Source: Vibrio cholerae ATCC 14035
GTDB taxonomy: Bacteria > Pseudomonadota > Gammaproteobacteria > Enterobacterales > Vibrionaceae
Assembly (NCBI RefSeq): GCF_000621645.1
Contig: NZ_JHXR01000014.1
Coordinates: forward strand, 120,001 to 152,000
Length of the DNA: 32,000 nt
Direction: 5' to 3'
Part shown: positions 19,472 through 27,505 of the stretch, one piece after another
Numbering within the stretch: the first letter of the stretch is position 1
Layout: every line of letters starts with the position of its first letter
The notes under the pieces: generated by a model
Told to the model about the DNA's origin: nothing
Database searches by the model: none
Seen by the model: the letters and a program-made list of their open reading frames with translations, nothing else
Position numbers and translations under genes: made by a program

Positions 19472-21010
19472 TTACACGGTCGCTTTTAGCGGCTGATCAG
19501 CGTGGAATTTCTGCTGTAAATAGGACTCCACTTCCTCAACCACACTTGTATCGTGATTTAAGCCGAGTTTGCTTCTGCGCCAGAAAATATCTTGTGCATG
19601 GCGGGCAAACTCTTTCTCACACAGATAATCGATCTCTTTTTGGTAGAGCTCACCGCTGAACGCGATGCCGAGATCTTCAATGCCTGTCACACCTGCCAAA
19701 AGTTGCGTGGTGCGGCTGCCATAGCTGCGTAACCAACGCTCAATCACTGACTCAGTAATAAAAGGAAAGGCCACCACCAGCTGGTTTTTTAAGGCTGCAT
19801 AGTCAAAGTTTTCACCACCTGGCAGAGGAGCATCCTCTGTCCAAGGGGCTTTCATTTTCGGGAAGAAAGGGGCGAGATGTTTCATCGCCGCTTCGCCTAG
19901 TTTGCGATACGTCGTGAGTTTGCCACCAAAAATGGACAGCAGCGGCGCTTCATCAGCTTGTTGATCCAGAGACAGTGTATAGTCACGAGTAATGGCCTGT
20001 GGCGAGTTCGATTCGTCATCGCACAGTGGGCGTACACCACTGAATTCAGCAATGATGTCTGAACGCGCGATTTCGCGCATAAAATGTTTGTTCACAATCG
20101 AAATCAAATAATCACGCTCAGCATCGGTAATCGCCACTTTTCTTGGGTCGCCTTTGTATTCGACATCGGTTGTGCCAATCATCGAGTAGGCATCAAGATA
20201 AGGGATGACGAAGACAATGCGTTTATCTTCATTTTGCAGAATATACGCCTGCGGCTCATCGTGAATGCGCGGCACGATAATGTGTGAGCCTTGGATTAAA
20301 CGAATGCCGTAAGGGGAACTGACGTGAGCATTCTCGTTTAAAAACTGCTTTACCCAAGGGCCTGCGGCATTCACAAGTGCATGACTACGGCGCTCAAAGC
20401 GTTGTTGAGTCTGCTCATCCAGTAGCGTCACATGCCATAAATCGCCCATACGCTCAGCTTTTTCGACGGTGCAGTAGTTCAACACTTCTGCCCCTTGTTC
20501 TTGAGCTTGCATGGCGTTGAGGATAACTAAACGAGCATCGTCAACCCAGCAATCGGAATACTCAAAACCAATTTGCATTTCAGGTTTCGTCACGCTGCCC
20601 GCTTTTAAGTTGACTTTGTGACTTGCAGGTAGGGAAGTGCGTTTGCCCAAATTATCATAAAGAAACAGACCAGCGCGGATCATCCATGCTGGGCGTAAGA
20701 AAGGACGATGTGGCAAACGAAAACGCATCGGCGTTACGATGTGCGGTGCTTTTTTCAAAAGCACTTCGCGTTCCGCCAGTGCTTCACTGACTAAGCGAAA
20801 TTCATAATGTTCTAAATAGCGCAAACCACCGTGTACCAGTTTTGAGCTGGCAGAAGAGGTTGCACTGGCAAAATCTTTGGCATCGTATAAGCCAACTTTT
20901 AATCCCCGCCCTGTTGCGTCTGCGGCAATGCCAGCGCCATTAATGCCACCGCCAACAATAATCAAATCGAGCACTTCATCTTGGGTAAAACGTGTTGAGC
21001 GAGCATTCAT
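19472..21010 (-). CDS. glpD: Aerobic glycerol-3-phosphate dehydrogenase
   Basis: The 512-aa product has the FAD-binding motif DLIIVGGGINGAGIAADATGRGLKV and the segment SSKLVHGGLRYLEHYEFRLV typical of GlpD. Confidence 0.95.
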   Translation of the reverse strand: MNARSTRFTQDEVLDLIIVGGGINGAGIAADATGRGLKVGLYDAKDFASATSSASSKLVHGGLRYLEHYEFRLVSEALAEREVLLKKAPHIVTPMRFRLPHRPFLRPAWMIRAGLFLYDNLGKRTSLPASHKVNLKAGSVTKPEMQIGFEYSDCWVDDARLVILNAMQAQEQGAEVLNYCTVEKAERMGDLWHVTLLDEQTQQRFERRSHALVNAAGPWVKQFLNENAHVSSPYGIRLIQGSHIIVPRIHDEPQAYILQNEDKRIVFVIPYLDAYSMIGTTDVEYKGDPRKVAITDAERDYLISIVNKHFMREIARSDIIAEFSGVRPLCDDESNSPQAITRDYTLSLDQQADEAPLLSIFGGKLTTYRKLGEAAMKHLAPFFPKMKAPWTEDAPLPGGENFDYAALKNQLVVAFPFITESVIERWLRSYGSRTTQLLAGVTGIEDLGIAFSGELYQKEIDYLCEKEFARHAQDIFWRRSKLGLNHDTSVVEEVESYLQQKFHADQPLKATV

Positions 21011-21050
21011 TTTCTATCTCCACGCTTAATTGTTTTCGTTTTTGTTCTTT

Positions 21051-21070
21051 AATGTTCGCATGAAAGCATT
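21051..21070. promoter_or_regulatory. GlpR-operator-like sequence AATGTTCGCA-TGAAAGCATT
   Basis: The left half matches the E. coli GlpR half-site WATGTTCGWT at 8/10. The right half is weak at 5/10. It lies 41-60 bp upstream of the glpD ATG. Confidence 0.35.
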
Positions 21071-21105
21071 AAAACATAGGAATGCGCAATATTTCTACTA
21101 TGAAT

Positions 21106-21121
21106 TTTGATCTTGATCATA
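21106..21121. promoter_or_regulatory. CRP/FNR-family dimer site (TTGAT-CTTG-ATCAT; also TTTGA-N6-TCATA)
   Basis: It matches FNR TTGAT-N4-ATCAA at 9/10 and the CRP 16-mer core at 13/16. It lies about 100 bp upstream of the glpD ATG. Confidence 0.4.
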
Positions 21122-21241
21122 AATGAATGAGGGAAATGGGTGTAATGAGCGCTCGAATATTCCATTTTTACTGGAGCCGCATGTGTGTGGCTGCTGCACC
21201 AATCCGTTTGGGGATGGGATGAGACGTGATGATTCTCTAGT

Positions 21242-21258
21242 TAGGTAACGTTCCCGAA
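21242..21258 (+). promoter_or_regulatory. Candidate ScrR operator 1 (upstream of scrK): TAGGTAAC|GTTCCCGAA
   Basis: It contains the 12-mer AACGTTCCCGAA, which recurs upstream of scrB and scrA. It is a CG-centred, LacI-family-style pseudo-palindrome. Confidence 0.6.
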
Positions 21259-21407
21259 AAAGTAAAGAGAAACTTACTATAGAGATCACAATCTCTATTT
21301 AAGCTCACAGAAATGAGCAATTCCTGACCTGAACTCGAATATGGCAGTTTTCCCACTTGAAGGCTTTGGTTAGACTCAGCTCAAACCACATTTTCAGGAG
21401 TGATTCT

Positions 21408-22328
21408 ATGTCAAGAGTATGGCTGACAGGCGATGCGGTGGTCGATCTGATCCCAGATGGGCAACAGCATTATTTAAAGTGTCCGGGTGGTGCACCCGCT
21501 AATGTTGCCGTCGCGATCGCCCGTTTATCCGGTCGCAGTGCTTTTTTTGGTCGAGTCGGGAACGATCCCTTTGGCCGATTTATGCAACAGACACTCACTG
21601 ACGAGCAAGTGGATTGCCAGCACTTGCATTTCGACCCCGTACATCGCACTTCCACTGTGGTCGTTGACCTTGATGAGCATGGAGAGCGCAGTTTTACCTT
21701 TATGGTGAAACCGAGCGCGGATCAATTCCTGCAACTCAGTGATATTCCCTCTTTTCAAAAAGGCGAGTGGTTGCATGTCTGTTCGATTGCTTTGGCCAAT
21801 CAACCGAGCCGCAGCTCGACCTTTGCCGCAATTGCGCAAATGAAAGAGGTGGGGGGATATGTCAGCTTTGATCCTAATCTGCGTGAAGAAGTATGGTCAG
21901 AGCCGCAAGAGTTACAGGCCACTGTCATGCGTGCCGTCGGTTTGGCGGATGTGGTGAAGTTTTCGGAGGAGGAATTACAGTTTCTAACCGGGACTCAGTC
22001 AATTGAAGAAGGATTACAGGCGATAGCTGACTTCCAGATCCCTCTTGTTGTCGTGACATTAGGCGCGAAAGGGGCGCTGGTGGCCACGCCAAACTCGCAG
22101 CAAATTGTGTCGGGCAAGGCAGTCAAACCGATTGATACAACGGGCGCGGGAGATGCGTTTGTTGGCGGCTTGCTCTATCGATTATCCGTGGCGCAAGATT
22201 GGCATAACCAAGCCACGATTTTAGATGCCGTCAAATGGGCTAATGGCTGTGGCGCTTTAGCGACCACACAGAAAGGAGCCATGACCGCACTTCCGAATCA
22301 AGCGGCGCTGTATGCCTTTTTAGAATGA
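21408..22328 (+). CDS. scrK: Fructokinase (PfkB/ribokinase family)
   Basis: The start MSRVWLTGDAVVDLIP is at the ATG at 21408, preceded by a CAGGAG SD. It carries the PfkB signature DTTGAGDAFVGGLL. The track start at 21357 is a non-ATG upstream extension. Confidence 0.9.
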   Translation: MSRVWLTGDAVVDLIPDGQQHYLKCPGGAPANVAVAIARLSGRSAFFGRVGNDPFGRFMQQTLTDEQVDCQHLHFDPVHRTSTVVVDLDEHGERSFTFMVKPSADQFLQLSDIPSFQKGEWLHVCSIALANQPSRSSTFAAIAQMKEVGGYVSFDPNLREEVWSEPQELQATVMRAVGLADVVKFSEEELQFLTGTQSIEEGLQAIADFQIPLVVVTLGAKGALVATPNSQQIVSGKAVKPIDTTGAGDAFVGGLLYRLSVAQDWHNQATILDAVKWANGCGALATTQKGAMTALPNQAALYAFLE

Positions 22329-22329
22329 A

Positions 22330-22363
22330 ATATGGCTAGAGTGAAGATTGACTCTGGCCATAT
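22330..22363. other. Stem-loop 1 in the scrK/scrB convergent spacer
   Basis: ATATGGCTAGAGT-N8-ACTCTGGCCATAT forms a 13-bp stem with one G-U pair. It starts 2 nt after the scrK stop. Confidence 0.5.
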
Positions 22364-22379
22364 TGACTCTTCGCATAGT

Positions 22380-22406
22380 GGGATATATCTCTCTGAGATA
22401 TATCCC
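22380..22406. other. Stem-loop 2: perfect 12-bp inverted repeat GGGATATATCTC-tct-GAGATATATCCC
   Basis: Read directly from the sequence. Neither side has a flanking U-run. Confidence 0.55.
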
Positions 22407-22410
22407 CTTG

Positions 22411-22450
22411 CAACTTGAAGCGGCATATCTGCCACGCCAAGTTGTTTATT
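22411..22450 (+). terminator. Stem-loop 3 with trailing T-rich tract (probable scrK terminator)
   Basis: CAACTTG...CAAGTTG forms an outer stem enclosing an inner GGCA-tatc-TGCC pairing. It is followed by TTTATT. Confidence 0.45.
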
Positions 22451-22455
22451 CAAGG

Positions 22456-24096
22456 CTACACATTCACTTCTAGGTTAAATGGCGCAGATGCAGGAGCCAT
22501 GTAGTACAGCTTTGCGTCTACGCTCGCGCCATGCAATGAAATACCGGTTGCATCCAGTGGAGTAAAGATGCGGCTGGTCATCACATGTTCGCCTTGATTG
22601 ATGAAAATCTCTAATGAGGATTGATCAGCCAAGATGCGCAGCTCAACCGTTGGGCTATCGAGCTTCAGCTCCCGAATGGTGTCCCCTTGGCGAATTTGAG
22701 TTGCAGAGCGATCGAGGCGTAATAGTCGATTTTCTGCATCTAACGTTAGCGTGACGCAATACTGCGCATTTTGCATCAAGCGTAGCTCACATCCCCAAGG
22801 CAGAGTCACTTGCAGATCAAAGCTCTTGGTTTTTAGCTCAGTGACGGTGTCACTCAAAAGCAAGGTGTGCGGTTCACTTTGCAGTGTGTCGAGTTCACGC
22901 AATGGGTGCTGATAAATCTTGCCTTCACGCCACTCTAGTTCACGGAGTGCGGTCAGTTGATGAATCCAGCCTTGGTCACAGCTAGGGTGCTGCGTTTCAT
23001 CGGGTAGCCCCATCCAGCCACACAATACTCGCCGTCCATCGGCAGTTTGCGCGGTTTGCGGTGCATAAAAATCAAAGCCTTCATCCAGTGGCCAACCCTG
23101 CAGTAACGCTATTTCGCCTTGTGCATTCTGGGTCGCTCGAAAGATCCGATTTTGATGTTCAATGGTGTGATGAGGATTCGCCGATGCGATGCCTTGTGGC
23201 CCGAACACAAAAAACGCTTCACCTTGCAGTTCAAACCAGTCAGGACACTCCCACATATACCCGTAATCGCCGAGTTCATCGCCATAGAGCTTATCGAAAT
23301 GCCAATGGAGTAAGTCATCTGAGTGGTAGACCGCCAGTCGCCCTTGATGAGCGAGCGTTTGCGCACCAAGCAACATCTGCCACTTTCCTTGGGTGTAAAT
23401 CACTTTAGGATCGCGGATATGTTCGGTCACGCCTTCAGGTAAACACCGAATCACAGGTCCTAATTTTTCAAACTCACCATTGGCGTTCATGCGTGCGGCG
23501 CACTGCATGGTTTGGCGTTGGCGCTCTGTACCTAAGCGCGTGTTGCCGGTATAGAAAAGCCACAAATCTTGTTGATGGCTGACCGCATGACCTGAAAATA
23601 CCCCGTGACTATCAAACCAATCCGAAGGTGTTAGGGCGACCGACTGCCACTGCCAATGGACTAAATCGAGGCTCTTAAGATGCACCCAGTATTTATCTTT
23701 GTGTTCGCAAGCGAAAGGATGCCATTGATAAAAGAGGTGGTATTCCTCTTGATGATAAATAAAGCCGTTGGGGTCGTTGAGTAAGCCCTGTGGTGGTGAG
23801 ATATGCCACTGGGGCCGATAAGGGCAGTCTAAGGCTGTTTGATAAGGGAGCGTTGCCCGCTTTTGGCGCTCGGCAATTGCTTTACCTATCGCGGCGAGTT
23901 GCTGATCGGACACTTCAGCAGTGCGTTGGACAGAGAGTTGCCACTCTCCGAGTACCGATTGCAAACTCACATCATCAGGAAGGTGAGGGGCATGCGGGGG
24001 ATGTTTTAGTGCCAAAACCACTTGCCCCTGTGGAGCTAAAATGCGCGTGACATTGTTTATTCCACCCGCGAGTTCGAGCAGCGTATCTAATAACAT
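22456..24096 (-). CDS. scrB: Sucrose-6-phosphate hydrolase (GH32) with about 65-aa N-terminal extension
   Basis: The GH32 catalytic motifs are WHISPPQGLLNDPNGFIYHQEEYHLFYQWHP, RDPKV and MWECPD. The residues before the GH32 core resemble a Cys-less PTS EIIB fold (see findings). Confidence 0.9.
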   Translation of the reverse strand: MLLDTLLELAGGINNVTRILAPQGQVVLALKHPPHAPHLPDDVSLQSVLGEWQLSVQRTAEVSDQQLAAIGKAIAERQKRATLPYQTALDCPYRPQWHISPPQGLLNDPNGFIYHQEEYHLFYQWHPFACEHKDKYWVHLKSLDLVHWQWQSVALTPSDWFDSHGVFSGHAVSHQQDLWLFYTGNTRLGTERQRQTMQCAARMNANGEFEKLGPVIRCLPEGVTEHIRDPKVIYTQGKWQMLLGAQTLAHQGRLAVYHSDDLLHWHFDKLYGDELGDYGYMWECPDWFELQGEAFFVFGPQGIASANPHHTIEHQNRIFRATQNAQGEIALLQGWPLDEGFDFYAPQTAQTADGRRVLCGWMGLPDETQHPSCDQGWIHQLTALRELEWREGKIYQHPLRELDTLQSEPHTLLLSDTVTELKTKSFDLQVTLPWGCELRLMQNAQYCVTLTLDAENRLLRLDRSATQIRQGDTIRELKLDSPTVELRILADQSSLEIFINQGEHVMTSRIFTPLDATGISLHGASVDAKLYYMAPASAPFNLEVNV

Positions 24097-24116
24097 GGAC
24101 TTACCTAACCACTAAA

Positions 24117-24133
24117 TTCGGGAACGTTCTCAA
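24117..24133 (-). promoter_or_regulatory. Candidate ScrR operator 2 (upstream of scrB): TTCGGGAAC|GTTCTCAA
   Basis: It carries the same TTCGGGAACGTT 12-mer. It lies 21-37 nt upstream of the scrB ATG, immediately downstream of a sigma70-like -10 element. Confidence 0.6.
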
Positions 24134-24160
24134 TTTAGCGCTGCAAAATCGGTAAAGCAA
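24132..24160 (-). promoter_or_regulatory. Sigma70-like promoter for scrB (-35 TTGCTT, 17-bp spacer, -10 TAAATT on the minus strand)
   Basis: Read from the reverse complement of 24132-24160. The operator abuts the -10 element. Confidence 0.5.
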
Positions 24161-24171
24161 GTGTTTCATGG

Positions 24172-25164
24172 TTAGACTGGGCAAGTCTCACGTTGAATGT
24201 TTTGGAAGGTCAGTACCACTTTACTCATCTCTTGTCCACGTCCGGCGATGCGTTCTAATAGCATTTTCGCAGCGTTTTCTCCTGCCTTATCAAAAGCATA
24301 GTTAAAAGTGGAGAGTGGGGGATTGCTGACATAAGCCAACTCATCATTACCGACACCGAGCAGTTTGACTTGCTGTCCAACGTGAACCCCAAGCTCTTGC
24401 AAGGCTTTAATGGCGCCAACCGCTAGCCTGTCGGTGGCACAGAAAAGGCCATCGAGCTGCGGATAGTCAAGGTAGGCTTGTTTTGCCATTTGGTAGCCCG
24501 ATTCTATTGAGAAATTACCGCGCGCATGAAACAGCAACGTTTGTTGATGGAACCCCAGAGCTTGCTGCAAGCCTTGTGAACGCAGCACATCAACCGCAAT
24601 GTCATCGCTTTGTACCCCAATGAAACCGATCTTTTTGCAGCCTGCTTTGACTAAGCGTTGTCCTGCTTCGAAGCCGACACGGTGATCGTCATGCACAATA
24701 CTGGGAATGTTATACAAAGAGCCATCTTGGCCAACCAAAACCACAGGTACCGCCGAGTGTTGAATCGCATGAATCAGCGGCTGATCAAGGTGAGTGGCAT
24801 AAAACACAATACCTTCCACCCGCTTTTGATTAAATATCTGAATATATTCAATTTCCTTTGCATGGACTTGATGAGTATTGGCCAGTAAAACATGTTTACC
24901 TGCTTGCTCAAAGATAGCGGTAAGTCCATCCACACCTTGCGCTGTTGCGTGAGAGGAGACGCGCGGCACAATCACGCCAATTAAGTTGGTTTTTTGTGAT
25001 TTGAGGTCTTTAGCGACTTGATTGACCATATAGCCACACTGCTCAACCGCCTTTAACACTTTGATTTTTGTAGACTCTTTAACGCCATATTCATCATTAA
25101 TGACGCGTGAGACGGTGGACTTAGAGACACCCGCTAAACGGGCGACATCATGCAAACTGGCCAT
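24172..25164 (-). CDS. scrR: LacI-family sucrose operon repressor
   Basis: The 330-aa product has the HTH MASLHDVARLAGVSKSTVSRVIN. It sits between scrB and the divergent scrA. Confidence 0.88.
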   Translation of the reverse strand: MASLHDVARLAGVSKSTVSRVINDEYGVKESTKIKVLKAVEQCGYMVNQVAKDLKSQKTNLIGVIVPRVSSHATAQGVDGLTAIFEQAGKHVLLANTHQVHAKEIEYIQIFNQKRVEGIVFYATHLDQPLIHAIQHSAVPVVLVGQDGSLYNIPSIVHDDHRVGFEAGQRLVKAGCKKIGFIGVQSDDIAVDVLRSQGLQQALGFHQQTLLFHARGNFSIESGYQMAKQAYLDYPQLDGLFCATDRLAVGAIKALQELGVHVGQQVKLLGVGNDELAYVSNPPLSTFNYAFDKAGENAAKMLLERIAGRGQEMSKVVLTFQNIQRETCPV

Positions 25165-25305
25165 AACGTATCCTGTAGGCTCAAAAACTGGGATGGATTG
25201 CAGAAATCAGTACAGCAATCAAACGAATGATCGGATTTTAACCCCGTTCTAAGGTTTATCCTCACTAAATTTGGCGATCCTATTCACATTTTCACTGTGT
25301 TGATT

Positions 25306-25334
25306 TTGACCATTACTCCGAAACAGACAAGAAT
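25306..25334 (+). promoter_or_regulatory. Sigma70-like promoter for scrA (-35 TTGACC, 17-bp spacer, -10 AAGAAT)
   Basis: Read directly from the sequence. Operator 3 starts 5 nt downstream, the same architecture as at scrB. Confidence 0.4.
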
Positions 25335-25338
25335 CACT

Positions 25339-25355
25339 TTGCAAACGTTCCCGAA
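25339..25355 (+). promoter_or_regulatory. Candidate ScrR operator 3 (upstream of scrA): TTGCAAAC|GTTCCCGAA
   Basis: It contains AACGTTCCCGAA, identical to operator 1. It lies 107 nt upstream of the scrA ATG. Confidence 0.6.
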
Positions 25356-25461
25356 ATTAATATCGAAACCAACGAATCATTCAATTACACAACAACATCC
25401 AAACGACTTGGAGCAGGTAATACAGCTTCAAGTTGAAAGGGGATAACTACCGGGGTGAGTT

Positions 25462-26901
25462 ATGGACTATCCAGTCATAGCAAAACAACTTCTTGAGAGC
25501 TTGGGTGGCAAAAGTAATATCCAAGCACTCGCGCACTGCGCGACTCGTTTACGCTTAGTGCTTAACGATGAAACGCAAATTAATGAGGGCGTCATTGAAT
25601 CACTGCAAGGTGTCAAAGGACAATTTAAGGTCGCAGGGCAGTATCAAATCATTTTCGGCTCAGGCATTGTCAACCAAGTCTATGCTGAGATGGCGAAATT
25701 GACCGGTTTGGTTGAGATGTCAACCAATGATGTCGCTTCCGCGGGTGCCGAGAAACAGAATTGGGTACAGCGCGCAGTAAAGGGATTGTCCGATATTTTT
25801 GTCCCTATCATCCCCGCGATCGTGGCCGGTGGTTTATTGATGGGGCTGTTCAACGTATTGACTGCACCGGGACTGTTTATTGAAGGCCAATCTTTGATTG
25901 ATGCCAATCCGGGATTGGCTGATCTCGCGAGCATGATCAACACCTTCGCGAATGCCCCTTTTGTCTATTTACCCGTATTGTTGGCTTTTTCTGCCTCGCG
26001 CAAGTTTGGCGGCAACCCCTTTTTGGGCGCTGCGCTGGGTATGCTGATGGTGCATCCCGATCTCTTAAACGGCTGGGGGTTTGGCAGTGCATCCGTATCT
26101 GGCACTGTTCCAACTTGGAATATTCTCGGTTTTGAAATCGAAAAAGTCGGTTATCAAGGCTCGGTATTGCCCGTGCTGGTTTCCACTTACATTCTGGCCA
26201 AAATTGAAAATGGCTTACGCAAAATCGTACCGTCCGTACTGGATAACTTGCTTACCCCAATGCTGGCGATTTTTATCACGGGTTTTCTGACCTTTACTTT
26301 GGTCGGACCGCTAACGCGTGATATCGGCTTCATGTTGGGAGATGCACTGAACTGGCTGTACGATTCGGCAGGGTTTGTCGGTGGCGCACTGTTTGGCTTT
26401 ATCTATGCTCCTTTTGTGATCACTGGGATGCACCATAGCTTTATTGCGATAGAAACTCAGCTACTTGCCGATATCGTGACTACAGGTGGTACCTTTATTT
26501 TCCCTATCGCTGCGATGTCTAACATTGCGCAGGGTGCCGCGGCTTTAGCTGTGGGTGTGATGACGAAAGAGACCAAACTCAAAGGGGTTGCGATTCCTTC
26601 GGGTGTGACCGCGTTGCTGGGGATCACTGAACCTGCCATGTTTGGCGTGAATTTGAAATTGCGTTATCCGTTTATTGCTGCCATCTGTGGTGCGGCTTTA
26701 GCCAGTGCTTTCATCACCTTATTCAATGTAAAAGCCCAAGCGCTAGGCGCGGCTGGTTTGCCAGGGATCATTTCGATTAATCCACAGCAAATTGGTTACT
26801 ACATCATGGGTATGGCGATCTCATTTGTGGCCGCCTTTGCGTTGACTGTCGTGCTTGCGATGCGTGAAAAAAACAAACAAGCGGCTCAGGTCACCGCGTA
26901 A
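25462..26901 (+). CDS. scrA: PTS sucrose-specific EIIBC component
   Basis: The N-terminal EIIB domain has the active-site motif LLESLGGKSNIQALAHCATRLRLVLND. It is followed by a polytopic EIIC domain (GITEPAMFGVNL). The product is 479 aa. Confidence 0.92.
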   Translation: MDYPVIAKQLLESLGGKSNIQALAHCATRLRLVLNDETQINEGVIESLQGVKGQFKVAGQYQIIFGSGIVNQVYAEMAKLTGLVEMSTNDVASAGAEKQNWVQRAVKGLSDIFVPIIPAIVAGGLLMGLFNVLTAPGLFIEGQSLIDANPGLADLASMINTFANAPFVYLPVLLAFSASRKFGGNPFLGAALGMLMVHPDLLNGWGFGSASVSGTVPTWNILGFEIEKVGYQGSVLPVLVSTYILAKIENGLRKIVPSVLDNLLTPMLAIFITGFLTFTLVGPLTRDIGFMLGDALNWLYDSAGFVGGALFGFIYAPFVITGMHHSFIAIETQLLADIVTTGGTFIFPIAAMSNIAQGAAALAVGVMTKETKLKGVAIPSGVTALLGITEPAMFGVNLKLRYPFIAAICGAALASAFITLFNVKAQALGAAGLPGIISINPQQIGYYIMGMAISFVAAFALTVVLAMREKNKQAAQVTA

Positions 26902-26925
26902 CTGCTCCCCCTATCTTGGCTACGC

Positions 26926-26951
26926 AGCCCACTCTTTGAGTGGGCTTTTTT
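26926..26951 (+). terminator. Rho-independent terminator of scrA
   Basis: AGCCCACTC-ttt-GAGTGGGCT is followed by TTTTTT. Confidence 0.8.
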
Positions 26952-26995
26952 GATAGTTCAATACCAAGGTGAATCTCTGAAAGATAGAAAAACGA

Positions 26996-27017
26996 AAGGA
27001 GCGCTTTGGCGCTCCTT
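26996..27017 (-). terminator. Rho-independent terminator of the 145-aa gene
   Basis: AAGGAGCGC-tttg-GCGCTCCTT forms the stem. On the minus strand it is followed by TCGTTTTTC. Confidence 0.7.
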
Positions 27018-27067
27018 AGTTATCTTTTTGCCTTTCAAACACGAATGTGCATGAGGGCTAGGTTTAC

Positions 27068-27505
27068 TTACTTAGCAAACACATCTTTGAAGTCACGCTT
27101 CAGAATCGGGTCGCGGCGGGCTTTTTTGATCTGCTTAACCATGTCTTTCACACAGTTGTGTAGCACTTGATCAAGCAGTTGAGCGCGGTACGCGTCTTTA
27201 TCTTCTTCGCTCATCTCTTTAGGAAGGTTCAGCGTTGGGAACTCTTCCATCACGTTTAGACCAGCAAATGCTTGGCTTACCGAGATGAGAGCGTGGAACT
27301 GTTCAAAGTTATCCAGAATATTTTGCGCGCTCGCTGGCAGTGAATCCCATGCTTCGCGAACCACTTCTTCAGAGACTTCATGGATTGAAGTCACCATATG
27401 GAACATCGCTTCAGGCACCTGATCAAACTCTAGAACCTGACGCAGTTCAGGAGAGATGGATTCGAGATCCACTTTTGGTGTTTCGGTTTGGTTTGTCTCA
27501 GACAT
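27068..27505 (-). CDS. Acidic 145-aa cytoplasmic protein of unknown function
   Basis: It is a clean ORF with its own terminator and no TM segment or signal peptide. It is rich in Glu and Asp and predicted helical. I do not recognise a family. Confidence 0.65.
   Translation of the reverse strand: MSETNQTETPKVDLESISPELRQVLEFDQVPEAMFHMVTSIHEVSEEVVREAWDSLPASAQNILDNFEQFHALISVSQAFAGLNVMEEFPTLNLPKEMSEEDKDAYRAQLLDQVLHNCVKDMVKQIKKARRDPILKRDFKDVFAK

Noticed and set aside
21098-21289. 63-aa minus-strand ORF in the glpD-scrK intergenic region
   Set aside because: It has no ribosome-binding site and an atypical composition. It spans predicted regulatory sites, so it is more likely non-coding promoter DNA.
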